Below, piece after piece: positions 12,549 through 25,800 of a stretch of DNA of 41,001 bases (within the stretch, counting starts at the first letter, position 1; each line of letters starts with the position of its first letter). A program made the translations under genes and the position numbers. The stretch spans positions 744,001 to 785,001 of the forward strand of contig ML996703.1 of the NCBI GenBank assembly GCA_010356995.1. Direction: 5' to 3'. The notes below the pieces were generated by a model. It made no database searches. It had not been told where the DNA came from and was given only the letters and a program-made list of their open reading frames with translations. This stretch comes from Trichodelitschia bisporula (lineage: Eukaryota).

Positions 12549-14335
12549 AGGCCTGTTGTCGGAACCGTACATTGCCGCTCGAGCCTTTGTGTTTCTCAAC
12601 GTCGTTTCTGGAGATATTGCGACAGAGTTGGGAGGAATCAATTCCCCGCAGTTTCTCCACATCCCCAATTTCCACTTTTTCCTTTTCGTTAGTCCCACGG
12701 CGGACCCCGCGCGGGTTCTGGTCGCCGGTCGCCTGCAAGCTAGAACTAGATATTGTGGGGATCGCGAAGCGAAAAGAGAGATGACAGACAACCAAGCGTA
12801 AGCGCAAGCGTGGCAAAGGCCCGGATGATGTTGATGCTGGACAGTTGACAAAAACCTTGGACGGCAAGTCCCACTGCATATTCAACGGTCAGGCTTGTGC
12901 AGATTGAGCGGTACAAGGGCAGCTTGCAGCAGCGCGCGTGCTACTACGGTATACCAAGCAATCGGGAAGAAGTAAAGGCATCCTGGATGATGCAGGTGGA
13001 GCCGTCGATGCAGGTGTCGATGCTAATGGGACAGTCGACTCGATAGCGCGCGAGAAGCGACCGTAGTGAGATTGATGGGTGGAGATAGACGCGGGGCGAG
13101 CTTTTGCCTCAGCGGTCATTTTACTACACCAGGTCTAGCCTTGTCCTTGGCTCCTTCCTACTAGACAACCCGCTCAGCACTCAGTATTCCCCCGGGAAGA
13201 CACCAGGCAAGGATAATGGAAAATAGAGTGAGCTTAGAGACTACACCAAAGAGTAAAGGAGGGGCAAGGTTCATCCCTAGAGGCGAAACACGATATTAAC
13301 TTCGGCGCTGAACTCACGCTTTCATATGAAGCCGACCCGTCCCGGTGTCCACCTTCAAGCGAGAGAAAAGCACCATTTAAGCTTGTTGCACGAAAGCCCG
13401 GGCGCAGAAGCGAAACGGACAGCAAGAGATGCTATCCCAATCTTCGTTTCGGCCCCTAAAACACCCCCCGACACGAGGTTGTTCAGTTCAATCATCACGC
13501 CCTAATTGGACGGCGAAGAGTGCTGTTCATCAACGTGTCCTGCATCAAGGCCGTGCCCTGCGGCGGGCGTTAAGCACGTAACACATGACCTCACTAAGTA
13601 ACGCCCATCGTCCCCACGCCCTTCCCCGCCCCCGCCAACTCAAGCCACTAGCATGCCGGCTAAATTTTTCAAGCGACTTGACGATCTTTAGCTCACTTAA
13701 CCTGCTGTCCAAGTGTGCCCGGGCACGGGAGAGCAAACCCGGGGCAGCCTTCAACCGCTGCAAAGCGCTCAAGGTTGATAGGTGTGCGCGACTCATTCAA
13801 TTGCATTAAAGGGCTGAGATATGCTTTCACGTGCTGAATGCTCGGTATCACAGGCAGCGACTTATCGGCGCTGATGGAGTTTGGAACATGTCAAGGCATG
13901 TAGTAAGCCCAACAACGATAAGGTTTGGGTCTCTATGTATCCTCACCATCGGGTGCTGCTGAGATGTGATGTTTGGAGTTGCACACTTCGGAGCAGCGGA
14001 TGCAAGCCCCCAGGGGCACCGGCTGGATATACGGTACGAGACGGCATCACTCTGTCTGGAACGTCAGTGCAACGGTTGGTTTGAGGCTCAGCGGAAGGCT
14101 GAAGGTGAATTGGCCAACCGGAAATCGATGGAGTGTTTTGCTGGTGATTGCGTGTCCGATTCGCCTTGACGTCAAGTTAGTGTCTCGGAACGCCCGCTCA
14201 CGTGCATTTCCTTGGCAACAGCTGTCAATCAATGACGACCAATGCATCTCGATTGCGAAAGCCGCCGAACAGTTCATCAATCTCCCAAGCGCCTGTTCGC
14301 CACAGCACGGCTAATATCGCCTATCCATTAGAACC

Positions 14336-15326
14336 ATGGCCGACGAGGAGGACGATTACATGACCATGGCGATAGCTGAGCCGAGCAAACCGGTCAAGGA
14401 AACTTCCATCCAGCGGACCGCGCGTCTAAAACGAGAGGTTGGTACGGTCTGGCCCGATCTACCGCAAAGCGCACGACCTAACCTATAGATAGGCTGAGCT
14501 TCGCAGTCGGCAGAAGACCAAAGAAGAGCGCGCGGCTGAGGCCGAGGCGGCGACTCAAGCTGCACTCGAGACTGAACTCGACACCTCGAACAAGGGGTTC
14601 AAACTCCTGTCCAAACTCGGCTACAAGCCCGGCACCGCGCTCGGAAAGACCCCCGGTGCGCGCACGCAACCCATTGAAGTCAGCAAGAAGGAGAACCGCG
14701 GCGGCATTGGGCTGGATACAGAGAAAAAGCGCAAGTTCCGCGAGGAGATGGAGGAGCAGGTCAAGCGGGTGAAACAGGACGTCGTCAGTTACAGGGACCG
14801 TGTGCGGATGGAGCGCGAGGAGAAGCGGCTCGAGGGACAACTCATTGGGGCGCAGAAGGTGGCTGAGCAGCTGGATACCGCGGATGATGAAACCGGTCTC
14901 GGCCTCTTGGCTCCCGGCGAGAAAGGCCACAAAAAGTTGGCACCGCTCAAGAGTATCAATGTGCTCTGGCGGGGCCTAGTAAAGTACCGGTTGGAGCGCG
15001 AGAACGAGAAGCGTATGCGCGAAGCCATGCTCCAGCGGACCTCCGATCTGACCTCAGATTTGCCGACCTATGATGATTCGGATGAGGATGCGGACGACCG
15101 GCAGGCTCTCGGGAAGGACGAGAAGCCGGAGGCCGACTTTGTAGACGACTTAGACGAGGAGGATACAGAGCTTGACGAATTCAACGCCTTAGATCCGGCG
15201 GAGAAGGTCGAGAAGCTCGTCATGTACCTGCGGGACAAGCATCTCTATTGCTTCTGGTGTAAACATCAGTATGCCGATGCCGAGATGGACGGATGTCCTG
15301 GCCTAACGGAAGATGATCATGATTAG
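14336..15326 (+). CDS. G-patch domain protein with C-terminal DUF4187 zinc-finger-like domain (GPATCH11-like); 1 intron
   Basis: MADEEDDYM start. G-patch SNKGFKLLSKLGYKPGTALGK..PIEV..RGGIG. C-terminus YLRDKHLYCFWCKHQY..CPGLTEDDHD. Intron from 14438. Confidence 0.9.
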
Positions 15327-15554
15327 ACAGGGCTGGAAAGCTTAAGTTGAAGACATCAATGCAAGATTCTCATAATGCAGCACACTAAACCCTTGAAGGT
15401 CCGATTGATATAGTCTATGACTCGTGAACCCTTAGCTTGCTGTTACGGTAACATTGCGCAATTGGTACCTACCCGGTAATTGGAGAAGGACTGAAACGGA
15501 GCGATGGACTGGTCCGTGCATTTATGCAGCTCAAACCCACCAGTCCCGTGAGTT

Positions 15555-15564
15555 CGCGACGCGT
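15555..15564. promoter_or_regulatory. MCB-like element (CGCGACGCGT) in the ORC3 promoter
   Basis: ACGCGT at 15559-15564 plus further CGCG cores within 90 bp of the ORC3 ATG. MCB boxes are established in fungal replication-gene promoters. Confidence 0.5.
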
Positions 15565-15639
15565 CTAGATTCTCTCGTGACTTCGCGTTGGCGAACACCT
15601 CCGTTATCCCCTTTCAGCACGTAACCAGCTCGCGTGGCA

Positions 15640-17850
15640 ATGGAGCACCAGAAGACCTACCTGTATGCGCCGGACTCTTCCCGGCCGACCAAGCGTGGAC
15701 GCACCGAGGCCCCAGAGTGGGAACTACAGTCATCATGGAAGATGCGCGAGGAGACATGCCACCGACTTTGGTCCGAGCAGCAGAAACGCATTCAGAAAGT
15801 ACTTGATGACGCGAACTCCGATACCCTGAGCGATATTCTGGATTTTCTCGAAAAAGTAGAGCATCAACGGCAACGGTCTAAGATTCCGTGCGGATTCATA
15901 CTCGCCGGGTCTAGTGTTACGACGCAGACGTCCTTTTTCAACCAACTTTCGGAGAAGGTCCTGGCCTCGGGAAAGAACAGCTTTGCGTCGATTTCATCTG
16001 GAGAAGCTCCAAATTTGAAAGGCTTTCTCAAACTGCTTATCAGAAGGGCCATCGCGAAGAAGGATGCCTTTGACGGAGACGACGAAACCATCACTACGAA
16101 GGGCCGACGGCTTCTGGATTACGATCTCGGGGTGCTGCACGAATGGGTGAAGGAGAAAGAGATACAGGAGGTTGTTGTCACGTTCCAAGATGGAGAAGCC
16201 TTTGATGCGTCGCTGCTAGCCGATGTACTTGAGCTCACGCAGTACGTTTCGCCACTCCGCAATCCAATGCCGCTGACCTTCCCAGCTTGTGGTCGAACCG
16301 GATACCATTTGTTGTCTTAATAGGACTAGCAACATCAGTTGAAAATCTCCACCGAAGACTGCCTCAATCCATCGTCCGAGTGCTGCAGGGTCGCCAGTTT
16401 GACATCGTCCAAGCAGAGGTTCTGCTCGAGCGGTTATACTGCTGCTCCATGATCGACAGCGAACCCAGCCTTTGTATTGGACCTCGTCTCGGCACCGCGA
16501 TACTGGAACGTATCCGGCTCCATACGCAAAACCCGCAGGACTTTGTTGATGAGCTCCAAGTAAGTCAAGGTTCATTCGCGAGGGCACAGCGCTGACTGCC
16601 CAGTATGCCTACATGACTCATTTCTTCTCCAATGGACTAAGTGTCTTTCTCAGCGAGGACCTGGAATGGGGAGATTGGGCCCGGGAACATGTGGAAGCTC
16701 TGCGGAACCTGCCATCATTCCGAAGGTACAGTTTTCCGCATGCAGGGGTTCATCGCTAACGACAGTAGGTTTGCCGAGGAGAAGGTCAAATACCCTCCAT
16801 CGCATTTCTCGGTCAGACAGCTTCTGGACAGAGATGATCTTCTGTTCAACTGGGCCCGTGATACCGTTGCCAAAAGCCATAAGACGATGCACCTAATGGC
16901 GGAGGCCGCGAAAGTCGTACACGCGTGTCGAAGTTTAGTTGGCAAGTCAAACCTACTACTCTCCGACCTGTTTATGGAGGCACTTTCCGGACAACTCCAC
17001 GATGCGTCTCATGTCCGGGAACTGTTCCTCACCATAAAGAGAGCTCCATCGGATCAACTGTCTCGGCTTATCAGCACCCTTCTTCCCCTGGTACCTGACG
17101 AAGCCTCTACGCTGGAGCAAATACAAGAGAAGCTGGACGCCCTCGAAGCTGAAAATGATTCAGGTCATCCGCTGAAGAGCGAACATGACGTTCAGAATCA
17201 GACCCTGCGGGCCACCGTGGTCGCGCGGAGAGTAGAGCTCAGTAAACTGAAAGCGAGCCTGTCGAAGGCCGATGCAGAATATACGGATATTTTGCTACAA
17301 TTCCACGAATGGCTGGAGGGCTATTTGAGCGACTTGCTGATTGATCCTGAAGACGTCTTACTGTCGGAGATCACCATCTATGATCGGAAGGCACCACACA
17401 AGCTGGCCTTTGAGCCAAAGCCGCGGCATGCCATAGAGCGTGCTTTGTTCGCGCCTCATGACTATCTCAATTGCGACTGCTGTCCGGTCGGAACGGGTCC
17501 GGACTCGGAGGTAAGCTTCAAGGCAACACTTGGTTTGGCAAAGACTGATCCACTCTAGGGCACGCTGTCCTTCACACAACCTCCCACCTCCATACTCTAC
17601 CAGCTGCACCTTGAGTCCGGCCCCTTGATCAACGTCAGCGATCTCTTCTCCGCCTTCCGGGCAATCATGGACGAGGAGGCGGAGGAGAAGCAGATATTGT
17701 GAGTGCAACACCCTATTGGGAGAGCAAGGCTGACTGGAATGTAGATATCTCTTCCAGCGGGCGCTGGCCGAGCTGAAATACCTCGGCATGGTCAAGAGCA
17801 CCAGGAAGAAGACAGACCACATCGCGAAAGTGTCGTGGCGGGGTCTCTAA
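15640..17850 (+). CDS. ORC3: Origin recognition complex subunit 3; 5 introns
   Basis: IPCGFILAG, EAPNLK..LK, RLLDYDL, FQDGEAFD, RIPFVVLIGLATS, YAYMTHFFSN, PKPRHAIERAL..PHDYL, LINVSDL, winged-helix end RALAELKYLGMVK..DHIAK. Confidence 0.93.
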
Positions 17851-17871
17851 CGTAAGGAGTAGATATTACAT

Positions 17872-18603
17872 CTAAGCATCTGGCACACTCTGCGGTGTTT
17901 TCCACGTAACGTCGCACACAGTCCCACACTTTTTACACGTCCTGGCCTCCTGATCGTCCTTGAACTGGTTCACAGCCTCCTTAATCTGCGTCCCCAGATT
18001 CGTACAATGGAATGCATTCTCATGCACCAACTCGGAACAATTCTGGCAGTACCACCGCAGCCTATCAATCGCGCTCTCGGGTCTCGGCTGCTCAAGCACA
18101 ATGCCGACTGTGTCAGCGAAGCGCACGGGGTTGTGAGGCGTGTTTGGCGGCAGGAGGAACATCTCGCCTTCGCGGATGGGGATGTCGCGGAAGCGGCCCT
18201 CGTCGACGGTCTTAAGCAGCATAGCGCCCTTGTATTGGTAGAACCACTCCGGCGTCTCGTTGATGTGGTAATCGGTTCGCTCATTCGGGCCGCCAACAAT
18301 CTACACGTGAATATCAATCGCTTATGCCCGTGAGTTTGAGACGTCAGTGATATGCCTACCATAACCGTCATGTGCTTGTTCGTAACGCAGTAATTATTCA
18401 CCGGCGGCTTAAGCAAATGCCCATTCTGCGCCAACCTGTTTTCCAATTACCACAATGCACTCAAACTATCTCGGGCAACTGAACACTCTTGCTTACCACT
18501 TCGGGATATTCAAAGGCGGACCGAGCGCGCGCCTGGCGGCACTCGAGCAAAAACCCCGCCTTGCAGCCACACCCACAAGATTCAGGACCCCTCGACCAAC
18601 CAT
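17872..18603 (-). CDS. BNA1: 3-hydroxyanthranilate 3,4-dioxygenase with N-terminal extension; 2 introns
   Basis: [52 protein letters not shown], rubredoxin-like CQNC..CKKC. The only in-frame ATG seen is at 18603. Confidence 0.93.
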
Positions 18604-18863
18604 CGTGCTCACACAAGCAGCGCGTCTAATGCGCGCAAACGTTCTCGAGTCGGTGTGGGGAGTGATGTGGCGTGGTTCAGGTGGGGTTTGCCGTGCAGGT
18701 ACCCGCCTGGCGCCTGAGGCCGAAACCGGGGTCGTGCTGGGCTGGGATGTGGAGCTGGGCGGGTGCTTAATAAGGCTGGTCGCCCCCCAACCCCGGACTC
18801 GTGTGAGACGGATCGGAGACGACAGACACCGACCGCACGACTACACGCGCGAACATACCCACG

Positions 18864-19648
18864 ATGGACCACATGCACCACGCGGGAATGGACCACGATA
18901 TGCCTGGCCACATGCCTGGACATACGATGCCGGGGCATGATATGCCGGGCATGGGCGGGCATAAGTGCAATATGAATGTTGGTAGCCCGTCAGCCGTACT
19001 ATTGCGCGGAGTGGTGGAAGCTAACGGCGCGCCTGTCAGATGCTGTTCACCTGGGATACTACCGATTTGTGCATCGTGTTCCACGGCTGGCATATAAGCT
19101 CGACGCTCAGCCTGATCGCCAGTCTTCTCGCGATCGTAGCGCTCACGGCGGGTTATGAGAGCGTGCGCGAGCTGAGTCGCCGGTATGAGGCGGGCTATGC
19201 ATTGAAGTTGGAGAATACGCCTCGTAAGTACCCGTCACTCCGTCCACATCCCTTCCCTATTCCCCTTCCCCAATATCATCTCGGAGCCTTGGAAGAATCC
19301 ACGTTAGTACCGGGCTGAAGCTCCCCACCCAGCCGCTTCTGCCCCAGACGCAGAGGGCGCAACGGGCGTTGACGAAGCGAGCTCATTACTTTGGCCAGGG
19401 AGGTCGAGGGGCGAGGTTGAGCGCAGTGGGCGCATCGTCAAGGCGGCGTTTTATGCCGTGCAGGTGTTTTACTCGTTCTTCATCATGTGAGTTTGAAGAC
19501 CGGAAGTGGGGTGGCTGGGGCTTATGTGTGTAGGTTGCTCTTCATGACGTACAATGGCTGGGTCATGCTGGCGGTTGCGGTTGGCGCGTTCGTTGGCTAT
19601 CTAGCGTTCGGGAACTCTTCGGCTACCAAGTCGGTTGCTTGTCATTGA
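18864..19648 (+). CDS. CTR2: Ctr family copper transporter (Ctr2-like); 3 introns
   Basis: Met/His-rich N-terminus, CNMN|MLFTW, FFIM|LLFMTYNGW (MxxxM motif), GAFVG, C-terminal ACH*. Confidence 0.9.
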
Positions 19649-19847
19649 GAGCGTAGGAGAAGGGATTGAGTCCATGTCTGTCACATCTGGAACGGAGTCT
19701 GCTGGTGTTAGGATCCTGAATAGGTTATTCGAATCGCGAAAATTGCTACAGAAGTTTTATCCCGAACCGCCTATTCCTACACCCAAACCCATGCGCTACC
19801 GTTGGTTTACATCTCCAGCTGATCTACAGTCTACGATCGCCCAAACT

Positions 19848-22800
19848 CTACTCATCCTCCATTTCCTCATCCTCATCCTCGTCCATGCCCTCCGCAGCAT
19901 CAATCGTGAACGTCGGCGCCTGGTCCACCCCAAAGTAGCTATCGCTCATCAAGTACAGCGTCAGCTCCTGCTGTCCAGGATTCTGCACAATGTAGTCCAG
20001 CTTCGTCTTCAGCGACCTGCCCACCGTAATCCGCTTGATCCCGTACAGGCTCTTGGTCGCCTCATTCCCAACTACCAGCCACCAATTCTCCGCCTTCTCA
20101 AGTGGGAAGAACGGCGCATGCACCTTGGTATTAGGCTCCTCATCCTCATCAAGCTGCCGCTCAATCGTAACCTCTAAGAACGCCGGCTCGCCCGTGCTAA
20201 TATCCTCCTTGCCAAGCACCTCAAACGACAAATCCAGATTCGGGTACGTCGTGTTGGTGAAGTTCGCCGCGTCGGCTAGCTGGCGATTGCTAAGCCCCAG
20301 CGCCGCAACGAGCTGCTCGTACTGCGCGTTCTCCGACGGATCCATGGCCTCCATGAAGGAGTAAATGTCCTCGATACCGGCGGCTGTGGCGGCACGGATG
20401 GCCTTGTCGTCGAAGTGCGGGATCTGCATTAGCGGGCTGTCGCGGTCCCACATGGCCTGCACGACCATCTGCGACATCTCCATGGCGTTCATGGCGTTGA
20501 GGTGGCCCTCGGAAGAGAGGATGTCGACACATGCGCTGAGCAGGTTGAGAGCCTTCTTGAGGATGACTTCCTGATCCTTGGCGAGATCGATGGGGAGCTG
20601 CATGCGCGAGAAGTGCGCTTGCAGAAGCACAAAAGCCTTAAAGTGGGGCGAGTTGTAATCAGGCTGCGACATCTTGACGGGCACACGGTCGTAAATGCGC
20701 CTTAGGACCGTGTCTTCGTGGCGGCGGATCTGGATGTTTTCGAACTCTGTCGCTGAGGTGACGATTTCCAGGATACCCTTAAGCTTTGTCTTTGCGTTAA
20801 GGGACAGGAGGAAGGTTTGCATCGTGATGAAGGAGATCTTGTAGTATGCAGCGATCCGAGCAGCGTTCATGGGGGTGATGCTGTCGTCTTCTTCGTCCAG
20901 CTCAATCATCTTGGCCTCGACAAGATCCTTCAATGTCGTCTCCACCAATTCGGAGAGGAATGCGCTGAGACCTTCGTGCGAGGTGTCGGTAAGACCGTAG
21001 AAACTCGGGTTAGCCAGTAGGCGACGGTAGAAATAAGTGTACGTCGACCAATCCACAGCATCCTGCGTCGAAGAGATCATGCCCGTGCTGATTTCGCCGA
21101 CGAAAGCGTCATGAAGGTAGCCTTGAAGCTGGCTCTCAATAGGTAGAGCCTCGTTGAGGAACTTCTTATAGTAGTCTCGCTTGACAGCAGGCAGCATGAG
21201 AACGCCCTTGCTGATCTTGTCCTTGCCTATCTGCCCTGACTTGCCAAACATCTGAAGGATCTCAGCGATGGTGTAGTCGATGTACCTGTGTTCCCGGCCA
21301 TCGAAAAACTGGGTCCCCATCACCACAACTAGATGGGCGTTGACATCGAGCTCCCAGCAGCAGTCCCGAGATACGAGTAACACCTGAATGGCGCCGATCT
21401 GGAACAGATGCAGCACAGCGCGCTTGTCAAACGAGTCCAAAGCTTCATGATAGTATCCAATGCCATGCTGCAAGGATTCCATCAGAGCCCGCTCGTTGAT
21501 TTTCTCCAGAACAGGTTGCAGCTGTTCCAGGGGCGCATTCAGGAAGCGGTCCTCGTTATCATCAGCGGTGGCCGCGGCGAGCAGATCCAAAGCAGTTGCC
21601 CGGCTCTGCTTCCGGTTCGGGACAAATACAAGCGCCGGCTTGTCCACGGAGAGTGTGAGAATGGACTGATATACCGGCTTGGCCATGGCGAGCATCAGCG
21701 AAGGGAAATGGGGGATTGTGAATGACTGAATGTGGAGCTCCAGGGGAACAGCGCGAACGGCAGGGCTAAAGTTGAAAATGGTGTGCTTTGTCGCGCCGAT
21801 CCATTCGCCAATGTCACGGGCGTTGGAAAGCGAGACACTAAGTCCGACGATTCGGAGACCAGACTCCAGTTGCTGGGACATGGCGTGCATGCGCGAGACA
21901 ATCGCCTCGTAGATGTAGCCACCAAATCCACCAAGCAGATGCAAATCGTCGGCGATGAAGAGCGTCACGCTTTGGACATTCTTCCGGCGCTGCCACTGGC
22001 CAGAAACGACATCCCACTGCTGCGGTGTGGCCAGAATGAGATCTCCACGCTCGAGCAAGCGAAGATCTGCCGTGCTCTCGCCCGTGAGCTTGACTAGCTC
22101 CTTGCCCCCAGCCAGGCCGGAGAGACGCTTTTGCCAGTCCTTGAACCGCAAGTCCACGAGCTCCTGGAATGGCGCAATGTAGACTGCCCGACCACTCTCT
22201 GGGTTCCTCCAGTGGCGAAGCAGAGCGAATTCTGCGCAAACCGTCTTGCCAATGCCGGTCGGCGCACCTAGGAAGACATTGTCGTCGGTCGAGTAAAGCG
22301 ACTGGAAAACCTGGGTTTGAACCTTGTTGAATTGTCCCCAGTTGGGGTAGAGATTCTGGTACTCGGTCACCTTCAACGCGCTAACAGGTAGGGCTTGGAG
22401 ATCCAGCAGAGGAGTATGGGGCGGGAACTTCTCAGGCAGGATCAGTTTCTGAAAGGAGACGGCAACCTTCGATTCTGAGTGCATCCAGCGATCGGAGATG
22501 ACGGTGATGAAGTAGTGTGGAGGCATAGGCTCCGAGATCGGGACGGTGAAGTCCACCAAATGCTCCTTCATCTCACCGACAGCATAGTCGCGACGCAGAA
22601 AGAACAGGTCGTGGTAGAGGATTTCTTCACCGTCGCAGTCCTCGACGAGAATCCAAAAGCTTTCCGCCGCACCATGGATGGTATCATCCCATTCAAAATT
22701 GGGAGTGATGGTAAGGTCGACGCGAAGCACTGACCGCGTCACGGGCTGGACTTGTGCCTGGAGATCCAGTCTTGGGAATTTCTCGACGAGAGAGCACACG

Positions 22801-25800
22801 TTCTTCCCCGCCTTGGGCATACCAAGTAGTTCGCTCATGCGCGGGGGGTCGAGGTCGAAGTAATGAGACCAAGGCACGTCTATGCGCTCGGCCTTCTGGA
22901 TAATATCGCGAGAGCAATGCGGGAACTGCCGAAGTGGCGACATAGTGGGCCACATGCGCTTCTCCGCCATTTTGCACAAATCCAGGGCAACCTTCGCAAC
23001 CGACGACCAGCCCTTCCTGAGACAGATCTCGAAGATGGCACGGAGAATACGTCCCGCGGACTGGGTCACGTAAACCATATCGGCCATCAGCGCCAGTCCT
23101 TCAAGCTTGAGGCGAGAAATGTAAGCCTGGAGGAGGACATTGATCTTCGCATGCGGCTCCTCAATTGTCTCCTTGACGGGGATAGGAACCCGTCCGATCA
23201 TCTTCGCGATCTCGAGTTTCTCGTCCTGGCGCACTGGGATATATTTGAACTCGTCGCTGAGGGCAAATATCCGGAACAGCTCGATCTGCGAGATGGAGGG
23301 TTGGATGTGTTGGTTGTAGACCGCCATAGAGTTGTGCGTAATATAGTAGTGAGAGGCGATCCGACCGAGTTCAGTTGTCTGGAGCTTCCCGCTGCGGAGG
23401 TCATACTTCGCCAGCCCGCACTTCTCCAGAACCGTGGCAGCGGAATGGATTAAATCAACACGCTTCTGTTCAAGCGCTACATCATCTTGATACTCGGGAC
23501 CGACGCTGTAGAGCCCTGGAGACCGCAGCATCCGGACGAAGAGATACGTGTAGCCGAGCCACTCTACACCCTCGTCGCGATTGCGCACATTCCCAAGCAC
23601 AATCTCGGCATTGAGATTGTCAGCGAGTTTGCTAACGAATTGACTCTCAATGGGGAGCTGTTGATTGAGGAGTGAGAGGTAGTACTGGATTTCGGCTTGC
23701 GTGGTGATGATGATACCCTCGCCGTATGTGTCGTATTGCGGACGACCGGCACGCCCTAGCATCTGAAGAACATCCTGAGGACTGAGTTCTACCCAACTGC
23801 CCTTCTCAGGCGAGTAGATCTGCGTCCCCTTGATGATGACAGTGTGGGCGGGCAGATTGACACCCCATGCAAGGGTAGCTGTGCAGACCAAAACCTGGAG
23901 CTGACCGCCGGCAAACAGTTCTTCCACTGACGTGCGATCAGCGCGAGTCATTCCTGCGTGATGGATGCCGAAGCCGTACGGCATGAGATCTTTCAGATCC
24001 GCATTGTTGATAGCGTCAGCCTCTTCCCGCAGAATTTCACGACTTGCCGCATCACTCCGCAAAATCTGACCGATCGTATCCTCCTCGAGCGCCTTGTCCC
24101 GGATGTATTTGGCGGTTTTGGCAGTCTCTTTGCGAGAGTGGACAAAGATCAACATCTGGTTTCGGCTCTGGCCAACTTGCTCCAGTACCTTGCGGTAGCA
24201 CACATCGTTCATCGTCTTGAGCTGCTTGATGGCCTTTTTATCGGTAACACCAATGAACTCCTGCTTCAGTGGGCAAGGCCGGAAGGAGCCATCGAAGTGG
24301 AAGAGACCCTTGATGGGATCGACTCGGAGGAAGCTCGCAACATCGCGGTAATTTGGCAACGTGGCACTGAGACCGAGGATTCGAACGGGATCACCGGTCT
24401 GCTCGGTCCGACGAATGGTCCTGCTCACGATGCTCTCCAGAACTGGGCCACGATCATCGTGAAGGAGATGGATTTCGTCGATACAGATCAGCCGAACCAG
24501 ATTAGTATAGCTCGTGTCAGTAGCTTTCCGCGTAATCACATCCCACTTCTCGGGCGTCGTGACAATGATCTGAGTATCAGCAATTTGCTGCTTCGTAAGC
24601 TGGCGATCGCCCGTAAGTTCCGACACGGTAATGCCGTAGGGTTTTAACCGCGCACCAAAGTTGCCAACTTGCTCTTGGACGAGGGCCTTCAGCGGGGCGA
24701 TGTAAATGATCTTGAACTCGTCAAGGTTGATCTCGCCCGTCTCTGGGTTCCGGTGCTTTCCGATTTCGCGAAGCATCGCCAGCATGGCCACATTGGTCTT
24801 TCCGGAGCCAGTGGGTGCACACACCAGCATGTTGCCATCATCTTCAAATGCTGACGGGTAACAACGAGTCTGGATGCGGTTGAGCTTCGCCGAAGAGCCA
24901 AAACCTATCCGCGCCCACTCGGGCAAAGTGGACGTCGGCAGATCTGGCGTTTCGTTGGCATCACGTTTTGGCTTCGGGGCGGGGACGTGGATTTCTTCGT
25001 AGCCCTTGAATGTGCGCTTCGTCGATCCCTGGGGAAGCTTGACGTTGGAGTTCGTCATGAGATGATTTCCCTGTTCGAAGACCAGGTTCTCCAAGTTGAT
25101 CAGACGTTTGGGCTGGAGACCACCTTTAAGTCCTTGTTCCTTGCCGTCAGCTTCTTCAGCCTTAGGCTCGGGGCGGTCGATGTCCATCAGGTCCAGTTTC
25201 ATCTTTTTCGCTCCGGAGGAGTCGTCCTCGGCGACTTCACGCGTTCGCAGTTCGGTCAGCATATTGCGATGCCCAGCAGCAATCATTTCGCGCTCGATCA
25301 CTTGCCGGGCGTCCTTATCGTCCGCTGCACGCCGCCATCGCGTGACCCAGACGATCTTGTCGCGGTTGAGGACTAGCTTTGAGACGAGCTCCGGATGCTC
25401 GTAGTCGAACAGATCCATGAGTTCGTTCTCAATTTCACGAAGGGGCTTTTCCTCGCCTTCCTCATCTGTGCCAGCAAGAATCTCAAGAGCGTCCTTAGTC
25501 TTCTCCTGCTGGGTGTGAGGGTCCTCGTAGATGCGGCCGATCTGACGCTGCAGCCAGAAGGCGTCGATATCGTACGCTTGAATGATCGATTCGCCTTTTT
25601 GTTTTTTCGCCACATCGTCCACTCCCGTCCGAATGATCAACTCGCCGTCTGCATCGAGTTCCGGGCCGGTTTCGTTCCCGGCGGTGATATCTCCGTCTTC
25701 GACGGGCTGCTCCTCTTCGTCTTCCAATTCTTCATCGGAGGTGTCGCCTTCATCTCGGATCTCAAAGGTCTGACCGGCAGCCTCGTCATCTTCATCCTCA

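Noticed and set aside
11950..14335. 2.4-kb gap with many short ORFs
   Set aside because: No coherent protein, splice pattern, tRNA or snRNA motif. Treated as a divergent promoter region.
21940..21960. ADDLH instead of DEIH in the second Brr2 helicase cassette
   Set aside because: The inactive C-terminal cassette is an established Brr2 feature, not novel.
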